From Ionaspis alba (Eukaryota): a stretch of 49,259 nucleotides of DNA. Where the stretch lies: NCBI GenBank assembly GCA_964255285.1, contig CAXUUL010000038.1:1-49259 (forward strand). The letters run 5' to 3'. Under the pieces are notes generated by a model. The model saw only the letters and a program-made list of their open reading frames with translations, was not told the DNA's origin and did no database searches. Positions within the stretch are counted from its first letter, which is position 1. Each line of letters opens with the position of its first letter. Positions 21,750-35,113 of the stretch are shown in pieces. Made by a program: the position numbers and the translations under genes.

Positions 21750-23013
21750 CTTTGCGGTATATTCACAGTGTTAAGGGGGAAATGTGTATAACGAATGCAA
21801 GAATTGCTTCAGCGCTGCGAAGTAATCGTGAGGATAGTAAGAATTGAATTGGATCTTAAGGAAATTCGAAGATGTTGATTGGATGAGCGCCTGTCTCTGA
21901 TGATCGACCAGACGGGAAGAAGGTGCAGAATATATACAGGAAACTCCTCAGCAAAAGATTCCAACCAAACATGAAGAACTGGGCGAAGTTCGGACCAAAA
22001 GGATCATGTTGGTAGTACGGCCTGTTGCTTGGCATCCAGCAAGTATGAAGAGATACCACCAATGAAGGACACCAACGCGAGTAGGGATGGTGATATTGGT
22101 TTGCAGAACAATTGGGGGCAGTGACAGCTGAACGAAGTTAAAACACGCAAATCCTTTGTCCAACATCACAACACGTGCAACGTGAGAAAAGCTGGCCAGA
22201 GAGCTTCTAGCGAGGTAATCTTGCTCGATTTGAACGTGCTGCCAACTCCCGGCGCGCCGTCCTCCGAGCCAACAAGGGCTGCGCATTTTCGATGGCAGTC
22301 CATCACAGTCAGTAGACCTCTAATAGAACCTTTACAAGATGATTGTGTGTCGCGACAAATTGCTAAGTGAAGGTTCATCGGTCATAATAGTCCGTACCAT
22401 ACAAATAAGGTTGTGAAGGGGCATAAGGTGATGATCCTCGTAGAGATAGCATAGATGAGGTGGCACTTGGCGCTCGTGGCAATGTTCCAACGGATACCGG
22501 GACTTTACTTTCCTTAGCGGCCAGATCTTCAGATTTTACCGACCAACAAATTTGCAGATTAGTTTCTGAGTACAAGCGAAGGAACAGTGAGACGCTGGAT
22601 CTGCGTATTATCCGCTTCGTTCCTTGTGCCGGTCATATCAATCACTCCCGTTTGCCAATTGAGCGTAGCGTTCTAACAGACGACTCTGCGGTAGCCGAGT
22701 GACCGGGAAGGTTTTACCTGTTGACGGTGGTTGGTACCCCAATAATAGCTGTTACACACCTGTGACCCTCGCAGCTGCTTCCAACTACCCCCACAGGCAA
22801 CGGTTGGAACAGTTGGGTTTGGTGCTTGTGGTTGTGTGTCACGCATCTGGCTTCCGCGCATCCTGTAGTGCAAGAGCAATTTCAAGTAATTTGTCCGTCT
22901 TAGACCGCTCGGCACATACCGATATACAAGCCAAAAGAAATTTTATTCTCGAGTTTAGATTGAAGATTGTCACTGTTAATCGGCACTGATCTGCATTCTT
23001 GTTCTCAGGCAGC

Positions 23014-24226
23014 ATGGCCTTTCTGGGGAAGCTCAAGAAGACCAACGGGTCAACTAACAAAGTGCCCACACTTGCAAACGATGCAGTCTTGAAGCCATCA
23101 GACCCAGTAGCAGCTGGCATGCGAGAGGTCGATGGCATAGATTTTGACGACTATGCTGGGAGGGATATCACAGTGAGCGAGCTGGTGGCTGGCATGACGA
23201 ACATGGGATTTCAGGCCAGTGCTGTAACGGAAGCTACCAGGATTATCAATGACATGGTAAGATGTCCTATCTCATCCCTCAAACATGTACTAAAAGCGGT
23301 ACTCTAGAGAACTTGGAGTGACCCTGAGACAGGCGAAAAGACTACTGTATTCCTTGGGTACACTTCAAATCTGGTCTCCTCTGGTCTGCGCGAAACACTG
23401 CGATACCTTGTGCAGCACAAGCACGTTTCGGCAATCGTTACCACTGCTGGTGGAATCGAGGAGGACCTGATCAAGTGTTTAGCCCCAACATATCTGGGAT
23501 CTTTCACGTCGGCGGGCGCGGATCTAAGAGCCGCAGGAATGAACCGCATAGGGAATCTGATAGTACCAAATGCGAACTATTGTGCGTTCGAAGACTGGGT
23601 CATGCCAATACTGGACGCAATGCTCGACGAGCAGGAAGCTTCAAAACATTCAAAGGATCCTTTGGTTTGGACCCCGAGCAAAGTGATCCATCGGCTCGGA
23701 AAGGAAATCAATAACCAGTCGTCAATTCTATGGTGGGCTTACATGAACGATATACCCATTTTCTGTCCAGCACTTACGGATGGGAGCCTTGGGGATATGC
23801 TCTACTTCCACACATTCAAGTCATCGCCGAAAGTATTAGATATTAGCATTACAAGAGACATCCGAAGAATCAATGGCATGTCTTTGGTAGCCAAAAGGGC
23901 AGGCATGATTATACTTGGGGGAGGCATTGTCAAGCATCACATCGCTAACGCCTGTCTGATGCGGAACGGCGCAGAAAGCGCAGTCTACATCAACACAGCA
24001 CAAGAGTACGATGGGAGCGATGCCGGAGCACGACCCGATGAAGCCGTGAGTTGGGGTAAAATCAAGGTCGGGGCAGACAGCGTCAAAGTAAGTTATGCAC
24101 GAATTCTGAGAAATTCCATCGCTAATAATTCGGTAGGTTTACGCCGAGGCCACTGTAGTATTCCCTCTTATAGTAGCAGCGACTTTCGCCAAAGCAAACC
24201 AGCAAACTGTCGAATGGCTGGAATGA
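23014..24226 (+). CDS. DYS1: Deoxyhypusine synthase
   Basis: Motifs [49 protein letters not shown] and [18 protein letters not shown]. Introns at 23257-23307 and 24088-24136; stop at 24224-24226. Confidence 0.96.
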
Positions 24227-24443
24227 ACAGTTCACCCACCCATGCGAAAAGTCATTCTCGAAATCAACAATGCTTCCGAGCTAAGTTACAAGAACGAAAG
24301 AGCGCGGTGGCGCGAGCGAGCACAAAGTACAATGACTTGGAGGAACTATCATCATTCTGGTACAACAGTCTGCGTCGTCCAAACGCGAGCAATCACATTG
24401 CTTCGCACCATAAGCCCTTTGCATTATTTCCATCCAAGACCTC

Positions 24444-25287
24444 TCATGGCTTCACCTCTCTGACGATCCCATCAGACAAGTCATATATGTATCCAGACAC
24501 GTTGATGTCGCTCCTCAAACCCGGCCAGGATTTCACGATATCCATATCCTCTCTAACACTCTGTTCAAGGCTGAATATCAAATCAGCTCGTATGTACACT
24601 ACACCTTCCGCAGGAGCTCAAAGTTGCTATATAACTTACTCAGTGAAAGCCCCGAAAGTCATTGCATCTATTTCATGCTTCCGGTCTGGTGCTGCCTCTC
24701 GCAACTCCTTGTGGAGCTGTTCGTCGGTCACGTGGAGGCCGCCACAATCTGTACATGCTCAGTTCTCTGATCTTGGCCAGTCTCGCACCAACATTGTTCG
24801 AAAGGTCGGCCGCGACCACTTACCGGTATGATGCACAATCATTATGTTCTTCCAGCCTCGCACAAAATGGTCAATAACCAAAACTGAGCGCAGTGCATCT
24901 TGTGCTCTGCCGCAAGCATTCCGAACCACCGTGACACCTATTGATATCTTGTCAGGGCGATCACACTAGTGTCCGGGAGGCAGCAACGTACGTCCTGGAG
25001 AGAAATTGAAGAACGACTCAGGTACAACGCGTGGATCGCTGCATGTAACTGTTCTGGATCAGAAACGACTACCATCGGCTTAGTCTCGCGATGTCCTACT
25101 GATGCAAGTGGCAAAAGGGCCAGGAGCTGCAGCGGCTCTAGCTTGCAATTCCGGCATCGTAGGGGGGACCACATGATGCGAGGCATACTCCCTGACGCAA
25201 TATCAGCATTATTCGTCTGGTATTTAACCAAATTAAGTACTTGTTGCCTTGAAGCAGCTGGTCGATGGTGATGGGAGGGGCTGCCAT
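24444..25287 (-). CDS. Beta-class carbonic anhydrase, clade-D/Cab-like (six exons)
   Basis: Manual splicing of five GT-AG introns gives [16 protein letters not shown]...[11 protein letters not shown]...VVRNACGRA...IVHHTDCG...LEQSVREDM...[16 protein letters not shown]. The Zn ligands CxDxR and HxxC are present. Confidence 0.9.
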
Positions 25288-26201
25288 TGCTGTTCAGTTC
25301 TTGGTTGAGAATTGGGACACGAGTTCAGCAGATGGAGTGAGCGAAAAAAGCTATATTACAGATGAAATCCCCAGGAACTCTCGTTCTTCAAATACTCGAC
25401 GACAGCTGCGTGGTTAGGGAAGATCTATGGAATTAATTATTCAGCTACTGCTTGATCCTATATCGTCACGATCATGGCGAAGATTACTGATCGTGATATT
25501 GGATTGCTTAGAGAGCTTTCTACCGAGGCTTGCATATCTTGCCTCCGACGGACTCCGGAGCGATAGATGAGAATGGCTGTGTAACATGCACAGTCATGTA
25601 TATGGGATGTTCGCCCTGGATGCAGAAGAGCACTGATCGTACTGAGGCAGGGTTCTTGGAAGGAATGAGAGTCATACGTGTGTTCAGATGATAGGTCATC
25701 TTAGCAGTTAGAGAACAAACCCTTCGTATACATCTATCACACCCTGTTCTATCTGATATCCCATTACCAGGACTTCTACATGGGCCCTTGACGCGGTGAT
25801 ACTGGTGGCTTGACTTTGACAAAGCAAGTCTGCCACCACAACGGGATGAGAGTCTAAGCTCAGCGACGTGTTCCTATGCTGAAGGGCGGTCAGATATCCA
25901 GAAATTGTGCTACCGTCGACCTGTGTGTGCATAGTAATCATCTAGATGCCTACCCGCGCGTGGCTGGAACGGAATGTTTCATGACATCATGGACAAACAA
26001 TACCTTAGTCAGGAACCGCGCGCGCGATGGCTCACGATGGTATAGCAAGCGCATCGGTCTCTAAAGATGCGTTTGAAAGTCGCATTTTACTGTTCTGATA
26101 TACCCCGTATCAGCACTTGTAACCTGTGATGGGTTGGTTACCCCAAGTGTTTATGGAATATCTGTATATATAATACGCAATACATTCATTTTCAACACAC
26201 T

Positions 26202-28313
26202 ATGCCAGCTAAACCCAGAGTTATCTATTGGTTTCGCACCGACCTACGCCTTCATGACTCGCCTGCCTTGAAAGCTGCGCTTGATCTAAAGCCCGAGTGT
26301 CTATGGCCAATATGGTGCTGGGACCCGCACTACGTTTACAGAGCACGAGTTGGGCCTAATCGTTGGCGATTCCTGTATGCGCCGAAGCTCCCAATGGTCT
26401 CTGGTCTCGTCGCTAACAGCTACGACAAGACTCGATTGTCAATCTGATCTATCTAGCTCAATCACAAAGCTCAATCCCAAGTCAAAGCTCTTTGTGATCA
26501 GAGAAGGCCCCCAGACACTCCTACCTAAGCTCTTCAAGGCGTGGAGGGTAACACATCTGGTGTTCGAGAAGGACACCGACGCGTATGCACGAGATCGCGA
26601 TGCGGAAGTGCAGAAATTGGCAAAAGAGGCGGGTATCGAGGTTGTCATCCGGGTTGGGAGGACATTGTATGACCCCGATGAGCTCGTCAAGGCTAACGGA
26701 GGAAAACCGACATTGAGCATTTCTCAGGTCCAAAAGGTAGGCTTGCCCTGTGGTTCTTGTCGTTGACATACTGATCGTCGAGTTCAGGCAGGAGAGAAGG
26801 TCGGCCCCATCCCCCGTCCTATTCCTGCACCAAAATCGCTTCCCGATCCTGGCAAGATGCCTCTGGACTTCGAGCAAGACCAGCCTGCTCAGCAACCGGA
26901 CTACAACGCTATCCAGCGAAATGGCGAGGAGAAGTCGTATTCAAGCTTGGCTGGGCCTAATGGAGACTTTGCAGTGCCTGCGATGGAAGAGCTGGGGTTG
27001 AAAGAAGCTGCTAGTCCTCATCGTGGAGGAGAAACTATTGCTCTGCGCATACTTGATGAGATAATAAGAAATGAGAAATACACTGCCACGTTCGAAAAGC
27101 CAAAAGTACGATATCATTCGATCTGTGGTATATCCAATACTGACTCCACTAGACGGCACCAACTGCATTCTCTCCCCAATCTACCACTTTACTAAGCCCT
27201 CACCACCACTTCGGATCCCTGAGCTGTAGAGAACTCTATTGGCAAGCCCAGGACATTATCAATAAGTACAAAGGCAAAGCTTCAGAGCCACCTGTCAGCC
27301 TGACTGGACAACTTCTCTTCAGAGACATGTATTTTGGTGCACAGGCTCAACTTGGTTGGATGTTTGGGCAAACAGTAGGAAACACCCACTGCCGATTCAT
27401 ACCATGGCATCTCCGCAGTAACGTGGACCCAAAGAGCGGTCTCATAACGGGCGAGTACAATATTGATAGTGAGCAAGCTGAGGACTGGTTCCAACGCTGG
27501 AAGTTCGGCCGTACTGGGTTTCCCTGGATCGACGCCATCATGCGCCAGTTGCGTCTGGAAGGGTGGATCCACCATCTGGCGAGACATGCTGTGGCGTGTT
27601 TCTTGACAAGAGGAGGGTGTTATATTGACTGGGAGCGAGGTGCTGAAGTGTTCGAGGAATGGCTTATCGATCACGAAAGTAGTTGTAACATTGGCAATTG
27701 GCAATGGCTCTCTTGCTCTGCATTCTATGCTCAATTCTACCGGTGTTACTCTCCCATCGCTTTTCCGCAGAAAACTGACAAAAACGGAGACTTTGTCCGC
27801 CACTTCGTCCCTGAATTGAAGGACTATCCTGCTAAATACATTTATGAGCCATGGAAAGCACCTATACAGGATCAGAAGAAAGCTAGCTGCCTCATAAGGG
27901 GTGATGGCACTAAGCAAGAAATCGATAGCATGAAAGCATATCCAAAGCCTATGTTTGACTTCCCGACAAGGCGGACAATCTGTATCGAGGCAATCAAGAA
28001 TGCCTACCATGTCAATTTGTACGGCAACGATCCACGAGTCCTTGACGGATCCTGGAAAGAGCTCTTTTCCGACGATGCAGAGGGACCGACAGAAGGCAAA
28101 AACGAAAACGAAACAACGAATAGCACGAAGCCTAAGCAATCAGCTGATCTGGAGAACGGCGATCAAGGCGTTGATGAGGATATGGGAGGCGGTGCGGATG
28201 AGGGTGGAGATAATAAGGGCGGTGACAAGTCTGGGAACAAGAGAAAGAGAGAGAAGGCAAATGGAACATTGGACAACTTCGTTAGCCCTAGGAAGACACG
28301 GAGGAGTAAGTAA
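26202..28313 (+). CDS. (6-4) photolyase / animal-type cryptochrome family protein
   Basis: Motifs WFRTDLRLHDSPAL, GGETIAL, LSPHHHFGSLSCR, GRTGFPWIDAIMRQL, EGWIHHLARHAVACFLTRG and GNWQWLS. Introns at 26375-26429, 26737-26787 and 27106-27152. Basic C-terminal tail. Confidence 0.93.
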
Positions 28314-28970
28314 GGTCTATCCACATGCTAATTCAAAATACTCTTCACAACGGTCTTCTATCGTTGCTCCGCGAGACTATGTCCCGCGCAACTTTGGCGG
28401 TCAGCGTGGAACCTTAGAGACTGGTCCGGTCCACGACTGCACACTGTCGTGATGCATGGTCAGCCTCGAGCTGCTCTGTCCACTTCCCGCCCTTGTTGGA
28501 AGTCTTTGGGGTATTTGAGTACCCCTTCCGTATGGAACCAGGCGCTCATGCGCATGTGGAGCGGTGTGGTGAGATTGCCGTGGTTGGCTTGACTTCCGGC
28601 TGGGACTTCGATGGCCTCGAGCATCATTGGTTTGGTCTCGTTGGGATGGAGGACTTCTGGACCGCGGGTCACGCGTTGCAAGCATCACTAGATATACATT
28701 ATCTACAGCGGCCATTGCACAGCGACTGAGTACATTGACAGCAATACCCTTTGCTGTATGTCACTGATTCTTAGAATCCCCTTAGGGTCTGGGACAGCAC
28801 TCGTAGCCGTATTGATAAACATATAGCTCCTTCGGTGAGCAAGAAAAGCCACTATACTATTCATGACTCCCCTTGTTGCTAGTCTAGCATAGCGGCTGAG
28901 AGTGGATGTATGAACAAATCAGTGTTTCCAGATTTCAGATACCCAAATCCCAAAAACCACGACGATCCAC

Positions 28971-30462
28971 TCAACTATCCCCACCCCAGCCCCTTCTCAT
29001 CTCCTCCTCCCTTAGCACCCCACTGACACCTCTAAACAACCCAACCGCTGCACCCACAACCCCACCTCTTTGCTCCTGTTCTCTCAACAGGTTCTCCTGC
29101 TCGATCGCCCNNNNNNNNNNNNNNNNNNNNNNNNNNNNNNNNNNNNNNNNNNNNNNNNNNNNNNNNNNNNNNNNNNNNNNNNNNNNNNNNNNNNNNNNNN
29201 NNNNNNNNNNACAACCCCACCTCTTTGCTCCTGTTCTCTCAACAGGTTCTCCTGCTCGATCGCCCCATGTCCTTCATTAGTCTCTAACCACGGCGTATGC
29301 AGCACGCTTCGATTTTTCGATCTGACAGCACCGACGATCGTATTTCGCCATCTCGCGCACCAATCCACCTCACTCTCCTTGACATATTTCCAAGCCTGCC
29401 CAGGTCTCGTCCCATTTTCTACCTCGATTTTGTATGGCCACCGTGCTGCAACGATGTCCCAGCGCTTCGTCATAAAGAAGAGGATGGGCCAGGTGAAGAT
29501 CCAGAGCTGCAAGATAATGCAGGCCCAGTAGACGTATTTGTTGTGCTTGAGGCGGTTGAAAGGATGGGGGGAGATAACGGTCACGGAGCGTGGGTGGAGA
29601 GGGAATGTGATGGTGATATGGCCCCGGTAGTTTGTGGCCCGGATATAAGAGCTAATATAGTCAATAATAGTCTGCTCGTCACGCATCTCGATAGTGCGAC
29701 GCAGGGTGAAGCTATTAGATACGAGCATACATCAGTCCTCGGACAGTCCAGAAAATTTGTAGAAGGACTCACGATTTTAGTTTCGAGCTGCTAGCACAGA
29801 AGAGATGACAGCACTCATCCAGTGTAGGTCGGATCTGAGTAGCTTCCACGTCTGCACGGAATCCCTTCGCTTTGCGCTTCACCCGGGGTACCTCGATAAG
29901 CCTTCAGACCATTGTCCAACGTCTGAAGAGTGGCTTTTTCAGGCACCTCTCCCTGATGATTCGAGCCATAGCTCAAGGCGATAGTATCTGTCACGTTGAT
30001 CTTGAAACAGAAATCAACCACAACTTGTTTCTTTTTCTCTTTCTGGGACGCGGGCGATGACTCGGTGTGTTGGCCGTGGATTTGGATATAGGCTGTCGGT
30101 ATCACAGACGCTTGATAGAGGATATACTCCTTCAGCGCAACCGGGTCGGTGGTCAGGCTCGAAGAAAGGCGAGTGTATGTACTGCCTTTTTTGTCCTCGA
30201 TGGTCCATTCCTCGATTTTGGCATCAAGCGTTCTGGGAGCGGACTGCCCTGATCTGATATTACCGTCCAGCTCGGTATGAAGGACGTCAGACTCATCGGA
30301 ATAAGCAGGTGGTTCGTCGTAGCCATCTTCCTGATCCTCTTCAACAAAAGGAGCATGATCGCGAAGGGCCACAGCAGACGAGGTCGAAGCCGCATCGTCA
30401 CGGTCTGGGTCGTCTCGGTAGACACCTGGTAGAGATTTCTGGTTGCCCTTCATTCGCCCCAT
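28971..30462 (-). CDS. Conserved-looking fungal hypothetical membrane protein with an apparent 1-nt frameshift (possible pseudogene or sequence error)
   Basis: N-terminal PPAY motif, DPVALKEYI, VVDFCFKI and AYRG. After a frame change at ~29885-29888 it reads PTLDECCHLFCASSSKLKS | intron 29712-29772 | FTLRR...IRATNYRGHITITF...LQLWIFTWP...GWGGDS*. Confidence 0.75.
29056..29265. other. Assembly gap (29111-29210) flanked by an identical 55-bp duplication, i.e. an unmerged contig overlap
   Basis: 29056-29110 and 29211-29265 are the same sequence; collapsing them gives a continuous reading frame. Confidence 0.9.
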
Positions 30463-30795
30463 GGTCAATCGACCGTGTAGATGCCACGAACGATTATTGA
30501 GATGAGAGTTGAGAGCTCTCCAGCTGCCTGCCCCATCAGGTTATTTGTATCAGCCATTTTTGATCCTCCGCGGCACAGTACATCCACCTTGGCGTTTCGG
30601 TATTTGCGTAAAGCCGCGTGGGAGCTGAAGCCAGGGAACATGGTTTCAACGCTTTTCCGGGGGGAAAGCAATAGGCTAAGAAGCAGGCATCCACGCGATC
30701 AGGTGATTTCAATACCCTATCGCTTTTCATGAATTCTTGGTAAATATTCATATCCTTTATCCATATTGTTACGTTGTCGTCCATGTCCTCGAACT

Positions 30796-31873
30796 ATGAA
30801 GCGATTTCTCCGCCCCTCGAAATTATCTGATCAAAACGAAAGGGATAACGCAAGGTATTTCGCGTAGTCTGGAGGTCGCTATCATACCTAACATATATCT
30901 CTGTAGGGAGCAAGGGAACGAACAGTTCCTACCATCGGATTTCTATAAAGGCTCTCCTGTCCTTGAGCAAGATTTTACAGACAACCCCAAGAACGAGGGA
31001 AAGGGAGAGTGGCCGGAGCCTTTCCAGCCATTAGCAAAAGCTCGCTATCTGGAAGGCGTTAATAGACCAATTTTCTCAACATTTGATGCCGGGCATCTTT
31101 TAATTGCAGGTGGAGTAGCGATCTTCCATCTAGCCTCCTCTCGGGTCGTAGTGTGCCGACATATTGTACATGGGTATTGGTTCCTTCCCAAAGGTAGAAG
31201 AGATGCTGGCGAGGAGTCAGGCATTGGAGCTGAAAGAGAAGGCTATGAAGAGGTACATTTGCTACGCTCCCAATTCATGAGCTGGTCACTGGATGAAGTC
31301 ATTTGATAGTCAGGCTATCGCAACCGCCTTCTTCCCATTGCGATGAGGCACTTGCAGCCAGAGCCTCACTTCCCAGGCTCTGGTAGTGGGACTCACCATA
31401 CCGTCAGCAAATGTACGCCATATACAACGGAGCCCGTCTGGACGCAAATGATTCGTCAAACCAGCAAGATCCAATACTTACTCTTCTGGTACATCGCGGA
31501 GACCCTACCCACTGATATAGAGCTACTTATGAACGAGCAAACAGAAGCCAGGAGCACTCCATCCAGTCCCACGCCATACCAAATCCCTCCACGGTTTCCT
31601 CCGGACTTGCTCTTGGCTGAGAGGATCAGGCTGCCAGGAGAGGATAAAGATCCGCACCACCATGAGAACACTGGAGTCGACTCGGACGAAGCTTTGTATG
31701 AATCGCATCTACTGCCAATTGAGGAAGCATTGAAGGTGCTGAAGGGGACGATTGCGGAGACGGTGGTGAGGTCTGGGTGGCAGGGGATATGCTTGAGGCA
31801 TGAGATGGAACTTGCTGAACGGGCTGGGCCTCGCGGTGGAGGGGGAGGCAGTATGATTGCAGACACTCCGTGA
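30796..31873 (+). CDS. Nudix hydrolase
   Basis: Spliced product (introns 30855-30906 and 31253-31309) contains the Nudix box LPKGRRDAGEESGIGAEREGYEESGY, followed by QYLLFWYIAET. The start codon is less certain. Confidence 0.85.
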
Positions 31874-32053
31874 AGGGAAAATTGGTAGTCAGCGTAGCTA
31901 TGTTGTATCACCGCCTTCGTCGTATTCACGCGGCGCATGATAGTGATGGCTCCACGGCTCGCTGATGGCTAGACTTGGTGGTCGAGGAAACCAGACCTAA
32001 CTGACTCTGATTTTAATCCTAGACAAGTAGGCAAACAAAGATCTATATCTAAC

Positions 32054-34783
32054 TCATCTTGATGACAGAAAGCTTTTCACTTCCTCCTCGGAGACGTCAG
32101 ACATGTCCCATTCAGATTTTCCAACCAATCCAAGCCTCGCTTTTCTTACGCCATACCACAGCTCTCCCCTCTCACCACCAAGGTCCCCAGCTAGCAATTT
32201 CTTCTTAAGTTGACGAACCCAATCGTTCCACACCCCCGCTTCCTCCAGATCAGTCAACTCCTCGCGCATGACCCTCATCTCTTCCAGGACCTGATTATAC
32301 AAACGATCACCAAAGCTTTCCTTAACTTGCTGTTCGATGATTGCCCCGAGCTGCTGAGCAGCGTCAATGATGGCATTGGGGTCATCGGGTGTGTCGAGCA
32401 TCTGTTTGAACTCGGGTATTGGGTTTTGCGCCGTGACTCTGCGCCTTTCTTCTCGATCAGAGATCAACGGGTTGACATTGCGGCCCGAAATAGGCTGCTT
32501 AGCACCAGTGTTCGTGCTCGAGCCGTGGAGTATGTTTCCGGTGTCGATGCCGGATTTTGTCTCGTCCTGGTAACGATGATTACGTCGGCCTTTGACTTTC
32601 GGTGGAACTGGAAGTGGCGATCAGTATGGTAATATATACGGTAGTAAAAAGATACAATGCCTTTCTTGACGTCCGCAGCTGCTATAAGCTTGGCTAGACT
32701 ATTCTTGTTTTGCCTCTGGAGTTCTTCCGGCTGTTGTGAGTATTTGATGAGGATGTCGTATGGGGGCGGGATAGGTTCTGTAGGGTGGACTGCCCGCCAG
32801 CGGACAGCTTGATCAATGCGGTGGAGAACAGGCGAAAACGTATCGGTCATCGCCATGTATTCGGCAGGGTTACTGGAGGACATCAGCGCTATCGACTGAC
32901 AGATGCGATGATTCTTGAATGTGTACCCTTCATCATCCGTGCCGAAGGTGGACAAATCCATTCTATCCACATAGTCACTCATCGCAGAAGTAAGGACATC
33001 GCCAGGTAGATTTCGATGTTCTTTGAGTATTTTCCCGGAGACGGTGACGACTTTGTCTAAGGGAGGGAATTTGTAGGACCTGAGATCTTCCGCAAATGGT
33101 AGTTGTACGTCTAGAAGGCACTCATAGTCCACCTCTATCGAGGGAGCTAGAAGAACCAGAACAGGGTCTTTGCCATCCTTGGGAACTAGACGACCAACGG
33201 CATATGTTTCGAGTTCAAACAAGGCATGGATGAGGGAGGATAACCCTAAGGCAGCCTTGGGCACCATCTTCTGAGCCACTATGATTGACGAAACGGACAT
33301 ACTCATGTATCGTTCATACTGCAAGAATCTGTCAGATTCGTGTGCAGCAAAGACTGCAAAGAAGACCTACATTTGCCCACGGGATGAACCCTATGATTTC
33401 GAGAGCTGCCTTCGTGTCGAGCTTGGTCACACCTAGATCAGACTCACTGATGTGGACTGCCGTTCGTCCATATTCATAGCCCTTGGCCAAATCGTCCAAA
33501 CCTACGTCTCGTTTTCCACCTGGTGCTTCTTCATCTTCAACCTGGTAGGTGCGAGTATTTCTAACCACAGTCAATCCATTCGGATTAGAAGAGGAAGCAC
33601 CGACACCTTCACCATCCGCATCAGGCAGTACCGTTGCAGAAGACTGAGCACTTGCGTGCCCGTTCGAGAAATCCGATCTCTGAACGAATTGGCTTGCGGT
33701 AGCAGGCCTCCTAATCATAGTGCGAGGGTACCGCTCGACGTCGATAACCATGGCGGTGTTGTACTTGTCCCGGTCTCCAAGGGTGAGATCGCCTTTGAAG
33801 GTGGTGACAGGTCTAGTGGTTTTGAGTCTTGGAATTCCAAGTTCTTCGATTGCCTGTGCCAAATTGCCAACCACTCCTCCGCAGTCCTCTGCGAGTGTTC
33901 GCAAAGTCTGCTCATTAATTACCTATTCATCTTTATTAGCTTCTTGTTCTGCTAGCTGAGGAAGAGCATCTTACCTTCTCGGCATCTTTGTCTTCTTCCT
34001 TGTAGCCGTACTCTGGGTCATCGAAGTCGACACCCCTGGGAATGGTTAGGGTGGGTAAGGGAGCAGAGAGCTTGAGGCTTACAGGATAACGAGCTCTATA
34101 TTATCCTCGACGATCTTCTTGGTAATCTCAACGGTATCGTCGGCATCTAGATAACCGCGTCCATTGGTGACTAGAACAATCTTTCTGTGATACTTGAGCT
34201 TCTTGCAGTATTTCACAATCATGTGAATAGCAATAACGATGGCCGAGATGGCTACTTAGAAGTTAAGTCGAGCACCTCAATAGAGAAGCGAGACGCAAGG
34301 TGCTTACCGTCACCGTCGTCCGTCATGCTGACTTTGATCAATCGATGTAGGCGCTGAAGGTCTGGCAGTAAGATCCTATCTATCCATGAATTGGGCTATT
34401 ACTGGGGCAGAGCTTTGGAGACGGACTGGCTGATTTCTTGAAGGACGGAAATATGGGCAAAGCTTTCTTCGTCCCCAGACTCGTTGGCAGTCCCTTTGAA
34501 AGCTCAGCAAAACACATGTTGAGAATCTTGAGACTAGCTCATACCCACTGTCTTCAGTCCAATCACGCCCAATGTGGCTGTCTTCCGTTCCGTAGCTACC
34601 TTGGACGATTAGCTCGACCAACCCACACTGCCAATTTGGCAGCCCATGACTGACTGTGCTTGTAATCTTATCCCAAACATACTTCATGGCCCAATCAAGG
34701 TCTGATTGTTCGCGACCATGACTCCGCTTCCCCATGGAGGCACCTACGTCCACTATGTAGACCGTTGCTTCCTTGTCTGCCAT
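32054..34783 (-). CDS. KU80: Ku80, NHEJ DNA end-binding subunit
   Basis: [68 protein letters not shown] and [10 protein letters not shown]. Multi-exon, including a probable GC-AG intron at 32608-32660. Confidence 0.95.
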
Positions 34784-35113
34784 GTTGGTAGATGTGTTCT
34801 TTCGTAAAGGTCAACGGCAGCTTTCACCTTAACATCAAGGAGGATAGAGACCCAGAAATGTTATTCGATAGCCAGACATTGAGAAACAGAATGTTCCAGA
34901 TACATCCTTTAGTATTTGCCGTTACCGAAACTAAACAGGCAGACACGCTCAAGCGAGACTCAACGCGCTAGGTCACGCAGATCACGGGTAACCTTTGACC
35001 TGGGATCAACAACGTCATCAAGCATCGAGTAATTACAGTAGCTAACACATTGTCCCAATAACTTCCCCAGTTTTCAGACCGTTTTTACTGCATGATTGTC
35101 TGATACTATCGCA

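Noticed and set aside
24088..24831. Apparent long C-terminal extension of deoxyhypusine synthase in the 473-aa ORF
   Set aside because: It arises from reading through the intron at 24088-24136. The spliced gene stops at 24226, and the rest is largely antisense to the carbonic anhydrase.
28401..28729. Short overlapping ORFs downstream of the photolyase
   Set aside because: No convincing start, splice structure or family motif, so a gene cannot be supported without a search.
29056..29265. 55-bp direct repeat around an N gap
   Set aside because: The copies are identical and abut the gap, and collapsing them restores the reading frame, so this is an assembly overlap rather than a biological repeat.
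26202..34783. Possible DNA-repair cluster (photolyase, Nudix, Ku80)
   Set aside because: The genes are interspersed with unrelated ones and no shared regulatory motif was seen; chance proximity is sufficient.
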